Program-made: the position numbers and the translations under genes | Assembly: GCA_002269645.1 (NCBI GenBank) | Contig: NIVC01002421.1 | Coordinates: 62,001-126,000, forward strand | Direction: 5' to 3' | Source: Macrostomum lignano | Lineage: Eukaryota | Length of the DNA stretch: 64,000 nt | Notes under the pieces: model-generated | Told to the model about the DNA's origin: nothing | What the model saw: only the letters and a program-made list of their open reading frames with translations | Databases searched by the model: none | In this document: positions 39,540 to 53,300 of the stretch, piece by piece | Numbering within the stretch: the stretch's first letter is position 1 | How the letters are laid out: the number at the start of each line of letters is the position of its first letter

Positions 39540-40200
39540 TAAATCAATCAATCAATCAATCACTCACTTAATTAAACAATCAATCAACCAGACAATTAAT
39601 GAATGAATGAATCACTCAATCAATCAGACAATCAATCAATCAACAAATCAATCAGATCGTCAATAAATCAGACAATCAATCAATCAACAAATCAATCAGA
39701 CCGTCAATCAGTCAGACAATCAATCAATCAACAAATCAATCAGATCGTCAATAAATCAGACAATCAATCAATCAACAAATCAATCAGACCGTCAATCAGT
39801 CAGACAATCAATCAATCAACAAATCAATCAGATCGTCAATCAGTCAGACAATCAATCAATCAACAAATCAATCAGATCGTCAATCAGTCAGACAATCAAT
39901 CAATCAACAAATCAATCAGATCGTCAATCAGTCAGACAATCAATCAATCAACAAATCAATCAGATCGTCAATCAGTCAGACAATCAATCAATCAACAAAT
40001 CAATCAGATCGTCAATCAGTCAGACAATCAATCAATCAACAAATCAATCAGATCGTCAATAAATCAGACAATCAATCAATCAACAAATCAATCAGACCGT
40101 CAATCAGTCAGACAATCAATCAATCAACAAATCAATCAGATCGTCAATCAATCAGACAATCAATCACTCAATGAATCAATAAAACAGACAGTCAATTGAT
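39540..40200. repeat. 44-bp tandem repeat derived from (AATC)n
   Basis: Unit AATCAATCAATCAACAAATCAATCAGATCGTCAATCAGTCAGAC. Confidence 0.9.
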
Positions 40201-40664
40201 TCACTGAATCAAGAAGGAAATACGCAGCGCACAATGCAGCCTAAAAACACAACAACTATATAAATAATTATTGCAAGATTAGTTAAAATCGGCACATCCA
40301 GTGGAGCAGCGGGCAGGCAGAGGCACTCAGCGAGGTTCCTGTCGCAAATGCCTGTCGCAATAAAAAAGGCATAGGCGAATGAACAGACGGGCGTGGGTGA
40401 TTGATTTGTTATTGAAAAATAAAACGCGGGGTCTATCGGGGCAAGCAAAATCCGATTCGAACAGAAACAGGCGCCGCGTACTGCCTAAATAATAGAAAGC
40501 TGCTTTGTTAAAATTGTCTGCGGGAAAATTACGATAATTGCCTAAAATTCTAGCTGCGCTACTGAAAGTAGGCGACACGCAAAAACATACTGGAGAAATA
40601 ATTTACCATCGGAGATTTTTTGCCCAGAAATTTATTGTTCCGCTTTGGAAAGCTGATCGATTTA

Positions 40665-41165
40665 TCAAAATTGATTATTAACCAATATCGATTGATTGAC
40701 AACTAATTTCCATTACCTAACAATTAGTATTGATTGATTAACAACCAATATCGATTGATAAATAACCAATATCGATTGATTTATAACCAATATCGATTAA
40801 CAGTCAGTATCGATTGATTAGCCACCAGTATCGATTGCTCAATAACCAATATCGATTGATTTATAACCAATATCTATTGCTTAACAACCAATATCTATTG
40901 CTTAATAACCAATATCGATTGCTTAATAACCAGTATCGATTGATTAACAACCAATATCGATTGCTTAATAACCAGTATCGATTGATTAACAACCAATATC
41001 GATTGCTTAATAACCAATATCGATTGATTAACAACCAATATCGATTGCTTAATAACCAGTATCGATTGATTAGCCACCAGTATCGATTGCCTAATAATCA
41101 ATATCGATTGCTTAATAACCAGTATCGATTGATTAGTAACAAATATTGATTGGCTAATAACCAAC
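40665..41165. repeat. Minisatellite, 21-bp unit AACCAATATCGATTGCTTAAT
   Basis: Direct; each unit carries the palindrome ATCGAT. Confidence 0.9.
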
Positions 41166-41382
41166 CAAGCTGCGGCTGAGCTGTCAGTTGCACAACTGCC
41201 CACTGGGGCAGGTGTAATCAATTACTATTATTTACCGGTATGAATACACTACACACACTATATATATATATATATATATATCTAAAACCGTATTTTCTAC
41301 CGTAGTCAGTCACAAAGCCCAGCAGTTTGAACAGAAAACAAGCACAATAACCAATATGTTACTACAACCCAAGCTCCTGAGT

Positions 41383-44300
41383 TCAGGCAGACACGTGCCC
41401 GATGATGAGCATGAGGTCGCAGCTGGCCATGGGATCGTCGGCTGGCCGGCGCTCCATCACGGGATTCTGGCCGGCGAAGCCAACAAACCGGTAGACGTGG
41501 GCGCGGTCCTCGACGTCCTGCACCACCTCGCCGCCTAGGAAGGACTTGGCCTGGAAGCCGTGCTTATAGAAGCAGAGCAGGGAGTCGTCAAGGCACTGCA
41601 CGCTCTCGATGGTGAACTCGAACGACAGGGTGCCGAGCCGGTTGCCGGTGCGGCTGCGGACCAGCCCGGAGTCCAGGCGAAACTCCCGCGCCATGTTGCG
41701 GTAGCAGACGAGCACGAGGTTCAGGTCCAGTTGAGTGACGCTGGTCACCTCCACCTGCGGGTGAGGGTCCAGGCATTGTGGGCTGGTTGCTAAGGGAGCG
41801 GATCGTAGAGTAGCGGATTGTAGGGAAGGGGATTCTGGGGGAAGGGAGCGGATTGTAGGGAAGGGGATTCTGGGGGGCGGATTGTAGGGAAGGGGATTCT
41901 GGGTGGAGGGAGCGGATTGTAGAGCAGCGGATTCTGGGTGGAGGGAGCGGATTGTAGAGCAGCGGATTCTGGGTGGAGGGAGCGGATTGTAGAGCAGCGG
42001 ATTCTGGGTGGAGGGAGCGGATTGTAGAGCAGCAGATTCTGGGTGGAGGGAGCGGATTGTAGAGCAGCGGATTCTGGGTGGAGGGAGCGGATTGTAGAGC
42101 AGCGGATTCTGGGTGGAGGGAGCGGATTGTAGAGCAGCGGATTCTGGGTGGAGGGAGCGGATTGTAGAGTAGCGGAGAAGCAGATTCTGGGGGAAGGGAG
42201 CGGATTGTGATGGTAGAGAAGCGGATTCTGGGGGGGGGCGGATTGTAGCGGATTGTAGATGGAGCGGATTCTGGGGGGCGGATTGTAGCGGATTGTAGAT
42301 GGGGCGGATTCTGGGGGGCGGATTGTAGCGGATTGTAGATGGGGCGGATTCTGGGGGGCGGATTGTAGCGGATTGTAGATGGGGCGGATTGTAGCGGATT
42401 GTAGATGGGGCGGATTCTGGGGGGCGGATTGTAGCGGATTGTAGAGAAGCGGATTCTCGGGGGCGGATTGTAGCGGATTGTAGATGGGGCGGATTCTGGG
42501 GGGGCGGATTCTGGGTGGAGGGAGCGGATTCTGGGGGGAGGGAGCGGATTGTGATGGTAGAGAAGCGGATTCTGGGGGGGGGCGGATTGTAGCGGATTGT
42601 AGATGGGGCGGATTCTGGAGGGGCGGATTGTAGCGGATTGTAGATGGGGCAGATTCTGGGTGGAGGGAGCGGATTGTAGAGTAGCGGATTCTGGGGGGGG
42701 GCGGATTGTAGCGGATTGTAGATGGGGCGGATTGTAGATGGGGCGGATTGTAGATGGGGCGGATTCTGGGGGTGGGGCGGATTGTAGATGGGGCGGATTC
42801 TGGAGGAGGAAAGCCATTAACAAAGCAGACGAACAATTCGAATCATAAATAAGCCAGCCAGTGACCCCAGCTGACCTCTTCGTCCAGCGCGGTTTCATCG
42901 TTGGGCGACAGCTCGATCTGGCCGTCCAGCTTGTTGAGGTCCAGCAGGCGAAACCGGACACAGGCGTCGCTCCGGCCGCGCAGGACGCCGACACAGACGA
43001 AGGGCAGTTTGAAGCCGCTCCGAATGAGCAGCTCGAAGGTGAGCAGTGGCTGCGGCAGGTCCGGGCAGGGCAGCGATTTGAATTCTAGGAAAGTGCGCCT
43101 GGCGTTGTCCCACTGGAGCAGCAGCACGGACTGCGGCAGGGCGCAGGCCAGCCAGCGCTCGGCGGTCTCCGGGTGCTTCGCCGCCGACACCCGCATGCAG
43201 CCTTTGGTGCGGGGGATCTTCGCTGACGGCGGGTTGTTGGCCAGCCGCATGGCAACCCGGCCCTTGAGCTGGCGGGGTGCGGTGGGTCAGTTCTATGAGT
43301 CAGCTGATGGGTCAGTTGGTGGGTCAGCTGGTGGGTCAGTTCTATGAGTCAGCTGATGGGTCAGCTGGTGGGTCAGTTGGTGAGTGATTTGATGAGTCTG
43401 TTGTATGGTGGGTCAGTTAGTGGGTCAGCTGGTGGGTCATCTGGTGAGTCAGTTGGTGGGTCAGCTGGTGGGTCAGTTGGTGGGTCAGTTGGTGGGTCAT
43501 CTGGTGGGTCAGCTGGTGAGTCAGTTGGTGGGTCAGCTGGTGGGTCAGCTGGTGGGTCACTTCTATTATGGAACAGCTGACGGTTAGATTATTGACTCCC
43601 TAACCTATAAGCTGCATCAGAAGGGAGGCAAATTTCAAGATTTCTAAATACTCCAGATCCCAACATGTGAGGAACTCAAACCTTAGACTTGGCATCGGCA
43701 GGGAATAGCTGTGCCAGATCGTGCCTGTAGAGCTGAGGGTGCCGGCCAGAGAGGGACACCAGGATGCCGCGGTACACGAACAGCCAGAGGCAGCGCTGGC
43801 GCACCAGCAGCACCATGGTGGGGTCGTGCAGCTGGTCCAGGCTCATGTAGTACAGGCCTTCGTTGGCGCCCACGAACACCAGGTCGCAGCCGGCCGGGTT
43901 CGTCCACTTAGCAACTGCGTTGATTTTCAGCGGGCTGTCCTCGAATATCTGGCTCATGCCGGCGCCCATCTTGGTGGCTGGCCGCGGCGCTGGCGGTGTC
44001 TCCGCTGAGTCAGCAGCGGGCGCGTCAGCCCCGGGACCCGCAATGGACACCGGGCGAGGCCGTTTGTCGGCGGCCGCGCCAGCGCCGTTCAAGCGAGGCG
44101 GCGGCGGTCGCGCCGGCGGCGGATTTCGGCCAGCGTGAGAGCTGGTCCGCTGAGGCGGGGTGGGCGGTGGGCCCGGGTCGGCCGTCTCCGCTGCCAAACT
44201 GTCTCCAGACTGGGGTGGGTCGGTGTTGACGATGAGTCAATTGGCGGGTCAGACTGATCGATTGGTGGGTCAGACTGACTGATTGGTGGGTCAGACTGAT

Positions 44301-47300
44301 TGGTGGGTCAGACTGACTGATTGGTGAGTCAGACTGATCGATTGGTGGGTCAGACTGACTGATTGGTGGGTCAGACTGATTGGTGGGTCAGACTGACTGA
44401 TTGGCGGGTCAGACTGACTAATTGGTGGGTCAGACTGATTGGTGGGTCAGATTGATTGGTGGGTCAGAGATTATGAAAGCTCATCACACAGCCAACGAAA
44501 CTCACAGAATCAGCTGCTTGTTGGTCGTCGGTTCTGAAAGTAAGAAAAACCTTTCTGCTAGAAAGACGAAGTCGAAAACAGGAAATCTCAATCCAACCAG
44601 CAATAAAGGCGGGCAGAGGAGTGTCACACCTGGTGGGTCCGAGAATTTCGGCGCTAACTGGGCGCTTGGGTTTCGCGGGAGCGCCGGCGGAGGAGACGCC
44701 AGCAGCGGCGGGCGGCCGCTCCGATGTGGGGGTCGGCAGTCCTCTGCGGAGTTGCACCGTAAGAAATAACTTAAAATACTTTGTTTACTACTACAGCTGA
44801 ACAGTAGACAGTTAGTGAACAAAAATGAATCATGAAAAGGTAAAATAAATAATACTAGACTGTCAGCCAGCCAAAAGTCACAGATTTGCAACAAGCAAAT
44901 GACAGACTGTCAGGTGCAGACCACTATCTACTTGTAATAAATAAATGAATGATGCTGGAAAATGCTTAATGGACTGTGCAGCAGACAGCGGACACTTGGG
45001 CGTGTGTTGAACATAATGTGCTGCATCATATTAGACAAATTAGTACAACAGTTTAATACAATTGATAGCAGAAAAACAGCTTTTAGCTACAAATAACGGT
45101 ATTGATTGATTGATCTTAGATGCCATTCTTGACTTGCTGGTTTGGAATTTCCAAAGGCTGAGTTGGGATTTCCCATGGCTGGTTCGGGACCTCTAATGGC
45201 TGGTTCGGGATTTCCAATGGCTGAGTTGGGATTTCCAATGGCTGAGTTGGGATTTCCGATGGCTGGTTCAAGATTTCCAATGGCTGATTTGGGATTTCCA
45301 ATGGCTGATTTGGGATTTCCAATGGCTGATTTGGGATTTTCAATGGCTGAGTTGGGATTTCCAAAGGCTGATTTGGGATTTCCAATAGCTGAGTTGGGAT
45401 TTCCAATGGCTGGGTTGGGATTTCCAAAGGCTGATTTGGGGTTTTCAATGGCTGAGTTGGGATTTCCAAAGGCTGATTTGGGATTTCCAATGGCTGAGTT
45501 GGAATTTCCAATGGCTGGGTTGGGATTTCCAAAGGCTGATTTGGGATTTCCGATGGCTGATTTGGGATTTCCGATGGCTGATTTGGGATTTCCGATGGCT
45601 GATTTGGGATTTCCAAAGGCTGAGTTGGGATTTCCAAAGGCTGATTTGGGATTTCCAATGGCTGAGTTGGGATTTCCAATGGCTGAGTTGGGATTTCCAA
45701 AGGCTGGGTTGGGATTTCCAATGGCTGATTTGGGATTTCCGATGGCTGGATTGGGATTTCCAATGGCTGAGTTGAGATTTCCAAAGGCTGAGTTGGGATT
45801 TCCAAAGGCTGGGTTGGGATTTCCAATGGCTGATTTGGGATTTCCGATGGCTGGATTGGGATTTCCAATGGCTGAGTTGAGATTTCCAAAGGCTGAGTTG
45901 GGATTTCCAAAGGCTGATTTGGGATTTCCAATGGCTGATTTGGGATTTCCAATGGCTGAGTTGGGATTTCCAAAGGCTGGGTTGGGATTTCCAATGGCTG
46001 GGTTGGGATTTCCAATGGCTGATTTGGGATTTCCGATGGCTGGATTGGGATTTCCAATGGCTGAGTTGAGATTTCCAAAGGCTGAGTTGGGATTTCCAAA
46101 GGCTGGGTTGGGATTTCCAATGGCTGATTTGGGATTTCCGATGGCTGGATTGGGATTTCCAATGGCTGAGTTGAGATTTCCAAAGGCTGAGTTGGGATTT
46201 CCAAAGGCTGATTTGGGATTTCCAATGGCTGAGTTGGGATTTCCAATGGCTGATTTGGGATTTCCAAAGGCTGATTTGGGATTTCCAATGGCTGATTTGG
46301 GATTTCCAATGGCTGATTTGGGATTTCCAATGGCTGATTTGGGATTTCCAATGGCTGATTTGGGATTTCCAATGGCTGAGTTGGGATTTCCAATGGCTGA
46401 GTTGGGATTTCCAAAGGCTGGGTTGGGATTTCCAATGGCTGGGTTGGGATTTCCAATGGCTGAGTTGGGATTTCCAATGGCTGAGTTGGGATTTCCAATG
46501 GCTGAGTTGGGATTGCCGATTGGGATTTGCAAAAATAAACTTCGGGAACTGGCAGTATATTTAACAATGCACCATTCAGCAACGAAAAAGCAACTGACAG
46601 CGGCATGAAAATGATTCAACTAATCAATAACAGCCGGATTTACCTGTCCCGCAAGCAATTCTCAATATCCTGAAGCAAGTCGATGCTACAAGTGGGGTTG
46701 GGGGAGAGAGCGGCAGGCAAATCCTCTATTGATGCCAAATCTGTGCGTTTTTAAATGATTACGGTTCAATACAATACAATAATATAATAAAGTGATAGTT
46801 ATAATTATTGACAATTTAGTTTACTGCCGGGACAAAATGGGTAGCGCGCAGATGCCAGCTGCTTGGGTGTCATTTAGATACAAAAATGTGATTTGGCTCA
46901 ATTTTGCTATCGATTAAGCAGTGAAAAATAATAAACAAATCTCTAATGCAATATTAGACCTATTTGCTACGAAAACTGCATAGGGACAGACGACTGACCT
47001 TAGCAAGGGTCGGCTGAACAACTAAGCAACTGGTGTTATTTACCTTAGCAACCGGGCTGTTTATCCTAGCGACCGAGCTATTTACTTTAGCAACTGAGCC
47101 ATTTACACTAACAACCGAGCTATTTACCCTAGCAACCGAGCTTTCTATCCTAGAAACCGAGCTATTTATCCTAGCAACCGAGCTATTTACTCTAGCAACT
47201 GAGCCATTTATCCTAGCAACCGAGCTATTTACCCTAGCAACCGAGCTATTTACCCTAGCAACCGAGCTACTTAACCTAGCAACCGAGCTATTTAACCTAG

Positions 47301-50300
47301 CAACCGAGCTTTCTATCCTAGAAACCGAGATTTTTATCCTAGCAACCGAGCTATTTACCCTAGCAACCGAGCTATTTAACCTAGCAACCGAGCTTTCTAT
47401 CCTAGAAACCGAGATTTTTATCCTAGCAACCGAGCTATTTACCCTAGCAACCGAGCCATTTATCCTAGCAACCGAGCTTTTTATCCTAGCAACCGAGCTT
47501 TTTATCCCAGCAACCGAGCTTTTTATCCTAGCAACCGAGCGTCTTATCCCACCAGCCAGGCTAATTCTCTTAGCAACCGAGTCATTTATCCTAGCAACCG
47601 AGATGTCTAGTAACAAATTCACACTTTATTACTAATATAAATGAAAAAGTGTCTTAAATGAAAACAAAAACTTAAGATTTTTTGCATGCAACACGGGCAT
47701 CGCCAAAAAATATAATTACAAAATAACAACTCACTCATCAAGTTGTTGCGGCTGCTGCTGCGGCTGGCGAGACGGCGGTGGCTGCGGCGGCTTCACCGGC
47801 TCCCGGCCGGAGCACGCGGCCCACAGCTGCCCGTAGACTTCGTCATCGTCGTAGCCGCCGCTGGCCGCCTCCGCTGGTGCAGCCGGGGCCACTGCCGCCG
47901 GTCTGGGCGCCTGCGGCAAAGGCGGAGTTTTCTCGCCCGCCGGCTTCCGGCTGGGAATTCGGCTGGGAGGCAGCGGCGGGTTCGGCGCCGGCGCGCCGTC
48001 CTCTTCATCTTCTTCGTCTGGCGCCGCCGCGAGCAGCTCATCCAGCAGGCCGCGACCCTGTGGCGACGAAAAAAGGTCAGCGATGGGTCATTCCAATAGG
48101 TCAGTGATGGGTCATTCCAATAGGTCAGCGATGGGTCATTCCAATAGGTCAGCGATGGGTCATTCCAATAGGTCAGTGATGGGTCATTCAAATCGGTCAG
48201 CGATGGGTCATTCCAATAGGTCAGTGATGGGTCATTCAAATCGGTCAGCGATGGGTCATTCCAATAGGTCAGTGATGGGTCCTTCCAATAGGTCAGCGAT
48301 GGGTCATTCAAATAGGTCAGCGATGGGTCATTCAAATAGGTCAGCGATGGGTCATTCCAATAGGTCAGCGATGGGTCATTCAAATAGGTCAGTGATGGGT
48401 CATTCCAATAGGTCAGCGATGGGTCATTCAAATAGGTCAGCGATGGGTCATTCCAATAGGTCAGCGATGGGTCATTCCAATAGGTCAGCGATGGGTCATT
48501 CAAATAGGTCAGCGATGGGTCATTCCAATAGGTCAGCGATGGGTCATTCAAATAGGTCAGTGATGGGTCATTCCAATAGGTCAGCGATGGGTCATTCAAA
48601 TAGGGTCATTCAAATAGGTCAGTGATGGGTCATTCCAATAGGTCAGCGATGGGTCCTTCCAATAGGTCAGCGATGGGTCATTCAAATAGGTCACTGATGG
48701 GTCATTCCAATAGGTCAGCGATGGGTCATTCAAATAGGTCAGTGATGGGTCATTCCAATAGGTCAGCGATGGGTCATTCCAATAGGTCAGCGATGGGTCA
48801 TTCAAATAGGTCAGTGATGGGTCATTCCAATAGGTCAGCGATGGGTCATTCAAATAGGGTCATTCAAATGGGTCAGCGATGGGTCATTCAAATAGGGTCA
48901 TTCAAATGGGTCAGCGATGGGTCAATAACAGACCAGTAATGGGTCAGCGATGGGTCAATAACAGACCAGTAATGGGTCAGCGATGGGTCAATAACAGACT
49001 AGTAATTGGTTAGCGATGGGTCAATAACAGGCCAGTAATGGGTCAGCGATGGGTCAATAACAGACCAGTAATGGGTCAGCGATGGGTCAATAACAGGCCA
49101 GTAATGGGTCAGCAATGGGTCAATAGCAGGTTAGCGATGGGTCCCCAATAAATCACCTGATACCGCCGGCACTCGTCGTGAAACTGGCGCAGGAGAGTGA
49201 CCGTGAGGTGCTTGCCCAGTGCCGGGTTGGCCAGGAACTGGTGCTGAAGCAGGTCGTGAGCGGCTGGCCGGCTCTTGGGATTCAATCTTAGGGAAGTTTT
49301 GAGGAAATCGTGGAACACGCCGCCCCACATGGCTTTATCGCGCAGCTTAGGCGGCCTGTAGCGGCTGGTGGTCATGAGCTGCAGGGCCTTCATGGGGTGC
49401 AGGCTGAACATGGGCGGCTCCAGCTCGGCCAGCTCGATGGCGGTGATGCCGACCGCCCAGATGTCGCAGCGCTCGTCGTAGCCGCCTTTGCGGCGAACGT
49501 CGGCCACCTGAGGGCGAGCGGTGAGATGGGCGACGGCCATAACTAGAAAGGCTTGCCAATTTGTACAGGGGTTGCCAACTCCAATGTCAGGGGGTTGCCA
49601 ACTCCAATGTCAGGGGGTTGCCAACTCCAGTGTCAGGGGTTGCCAATTCTAATGTCAGGAGTAGCCAACTTCAGTGTCAGGGGTTGCCAATTCCAGTGTC
49701 AGGGGTTGCCAATTCCAGTGTCAGGGGTTGCCAATTCCAGTGTCAGGGGTTGCCAATTCCAGTGTCAGGGGTTGCCAATTCCAGTGTCAGGGGTTGCCAA
49801 TTCCAGTGTCAGGGGTTGCCAATTCCAGTGTCAGGGGGTTGCCAATTCCAGTGTCAGGGGTTGCCAATTCCAGTGTCAGGGGGTTGCCAATTCCAGTGTC
49901 AGGGGGTTGCCAATTCCAGTGTCAGGGGTTGCCAATTCCAGTGTCAGGGGGTTGCCAATTCCAGTGTCAGGGGGTTGCCAATTCCAGTGTCAGGGGTTGC
50001 CAATTCCAGTGTCAGGGGTTGCCAATTCCAGTGTCAGGGGGTTGCCAATTCCAGTGTCAGGGGGTTGCCAATTCCAGTGTCAGGGGGTTGCCAATTCCAG
50101 TGTCAGGGGTTGCCAATTCCAGTGTCAGGGGGTTGCCAATTCCAGTGTCAGGGGTTGCCAATTCTAGTGTCAGGGGGTTGCCAACTCCAGTGTCAGGGGG
50201 TTGCCAACTCCAGTGTCAGGGGGTTGCCAACTCCAGTGTCAGGGGGTTGCCAACTCCAGTGTCAGGGGGTTGCCAACTCCAGTGTCAGGGGGTTGCCAAC

Positions 50301-53300
50301 TCCAGTGTCAGGGGGTTGCCAATTCCAGTGTCAGGGGTCGCTATTCCAGTGTCAAAGCAAGCGCAGTCAAGCACCTCAGGCGCCATCCAGTAAGGCGTGC
50401 CAATGAAGGACATCCGCTTGCCCAGGGTGGCGGTGATCTGCGCGGAGATGCCGAAGTCAGCCAGCTTGACGCTGCCGTCCCTGGTCAGCAGGATGTTGGC
50501 GCCCTTGATGTCGCGGTGGATCTGCTGCTTGGCGTGCATGTGCACCAGGCCGCGGACGGTTTCGCGCATCACGAACGCGATGGTCGGCTCCTCGAATGGC
50601 CGCCTGGTGGTGGTGTAGATGTCCTGCAGCGATTTGCCGCCGCAGTACTCCATGGCGATCCACAGGTTCGTCTGGTTGAGCAGCCGGTTCTCGCTGCGGT
50701 TCGAAGGGTGTCAGGTATGGGACACTGAGGTGTCAGATTGCCTAATCGCATTACTGGGATTGGGATGTCAGATAGTCTGACCTATTGCAAAGATCGGGGT
50801 GTCAGATGGTCTGACCCATTGCAGGGATCGGGTGTCAGATTGTTTGACACATTGCAGGGATTGGGGTGTCAGATCGTTTGACACATTGCAGTGATCGGGG
50901 TGTCAGATTGTTTGACACATTGCAGGGATCGGGGTGTCAGATGGTCTGACACATTGCAGGGATCGGGTGTCAGATTGTTTGACACATTGCAGGGATTGGG
51001 GTGTCAGATGGTTTGACACATTGCAGTGATCGGGGTGTCAGATTGTTTGACACAGTGCAGGGATCGGGGTGTCAGATTGTTTGACACATTGCAGGGATCG
51101 GGGTGTCAGATGGTCTGACACATTGCAGGGATCGGGGTGTCAGATGGTCTGACACATTGCAGGGATCGGGGTGTCAGATGGTCTGACCTATTGCAGGGTG
51201 TCAGATGGTCTGACCTATTGCAGGGTGTCAGATGGCTGGATGCAGATGGCCAGTACAGACTCAAGAGCAGCTGTTCAAAAGCCAAACTCACGTGATGAAA
51301 GCGCCAAAGAACTCGACAATGTTGGCATGGTGGCAGTCTTTCAGCACAAACAGCTCAGTCAGAATTGCTTTTAGATCATCTGTTGGCTCGATCTTGACAC
51401 ACTTCAGCGCAGCATAGGTGCCAGTGGCCTTGTGCTTTGCCTATAGTTTGGTTCAATAGAAAATGCTGCTATTGAAGAAATAGTTAATGATATCAACAAT
51501 AGTTGAACTACTTCAAATACCATAAATTTAATGTCTTATTTTTGTATTTTGCATGCTTTCTAAAACCAAAACCAGTACAATATAATATTAACAATCCCAA
51601 CTAACTATACCAAACAATTTTTGACAAACATTCTTTTAAATTAATTATACAAAAAACTGTTTTATTGAAAAACTCATAAATGCTTTATTACAGAAATAGT
51701 AAATTCTATAATTTTTTAACATTTTCAACATTTTTTCAAAGGTTTATTTGTTTATCACTTTGTTACTATTGACAATATATATACTTTTAGAGTTGTCTGC
51801 AATAAAAACTGTATTCAATATAAGTTCATTATTAAATATATATGAATTCCCATTGGGATCAAAAATCACAATTTTAGCTTCTACAAAACCAATTTAGAAA
51901 ATTCTTTCCTGCATATATATTGTAATAATATGTTTATTATATATACATAAATATATACACATTTAAGTATATTTTAATTGTTCTTTGTTGCTTAATAAGC
52001 CTACCAGAAGCCTTTGATTTAGATGCCAGGTTGGTTAGATAAGTTGTAGAATAAATTAGCCTTTTTGAGGCCTTTAAGTCTTAAAACTAATTGTTTATTT
52101 TAAAAAAATAAAAAAACAATTGCAAAGTAGTCAATCTAGACTTTAAAAAAATCTTATTTTGCTTTTTACTCATTTATTTAATGATTTTCAATATAATAGT
52201 TTTTAGATTATCAAGAACTATTTTTAGAGATTTTATGTCTTTCAAAAGCTTTTTTTGATATATTATCTTCACTCAAATGTCTGCAGATTTTTTAAATCAT
52301 TTTATCCTACATTCTTTTGCCCCATATTATAAACAAATATCTATCATAAAGAAATTAGGATTAGGATATATATTTAAAGAAAAATAAAACAAATATTAAT
52401 AAAAAAAACAAGTATAGATATAGATTAAATTGCATCTAAAATATAAATATTCTTATAAGGCGAAATCCAAAAACGTGGGATAAAACGGTAAAACAAATCT
52501 GCGGACATTCGATGGAAAGTAATGTATCTAAAAAAGGTTTTTGAAAGATAGATAGGTCTTTAGAAAATAGTTCTGGATAATAACTATTGTTTTCATGTTT
52601 TATATTGTTGAATAAATAAGAAAAAACCACAAAAAAGCATTTTGAAAGTCCGAGTTGACCAATTTGCAATTTTTTGTTTCACTTTTTTTCATTATTAAAC
52701 AATTAATTTTAAGACTTGTAGGCCTTAGAGAAGGCTAATTTTTTTACTACTTACAAAACAGAAAGTAATTTGTGTTTTACTTTTTATTCAATTCAAAAAT
52801 ATGAAGTATTTCTAAGGATTTCAAAGTTTTTCTAAAACCATATAAACTCGCGAAAATTCATACTAATATAAAATGCAAAGTTTGCCAGCAAACATCTTTC
52901 TCTAAAAGTAAATATATCGCTAATTCCTTGTTGCAAAATAATCTTTAAGTTGTTTTCTTTCATTTAAATATCAACTTGCATAGCATTAGTATTTGTAATA
53001 TGCCTATATTTAGACTTAAAAATTTTGGGTAAAAAATGGTACCACAAAATGTGAACCCGGCATCCAAATCAGATGCTTACTGTATGCTCATTAAGCGACG
53101 AAGAACAATGAAATTACACTAAAACATGTATCATCCCGGCGTGTATGCAGGAAAAAAAGAATTTTCCAAAGCTTTAGTAGAAGCTGAGTAAAATGCAATT
53201 TTCCAATCCTTATGGGAATTCCAATGTGTTACCCGGCTTCCAAATCAGATGCTTACTGTATGCTCATTAAGCGACGAAGAACAATGAAATTACACTAAAA

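Noticed and set aside
45087-46619. Three overlapping ~500-aa ORFs (IGNPNSA / EIPTQPL / FPMAELG repeats)
   Set aside because: Translation of a stop-free 21-bp minisatellite inside a MAP4K intron; open on both strands with no coding signature.
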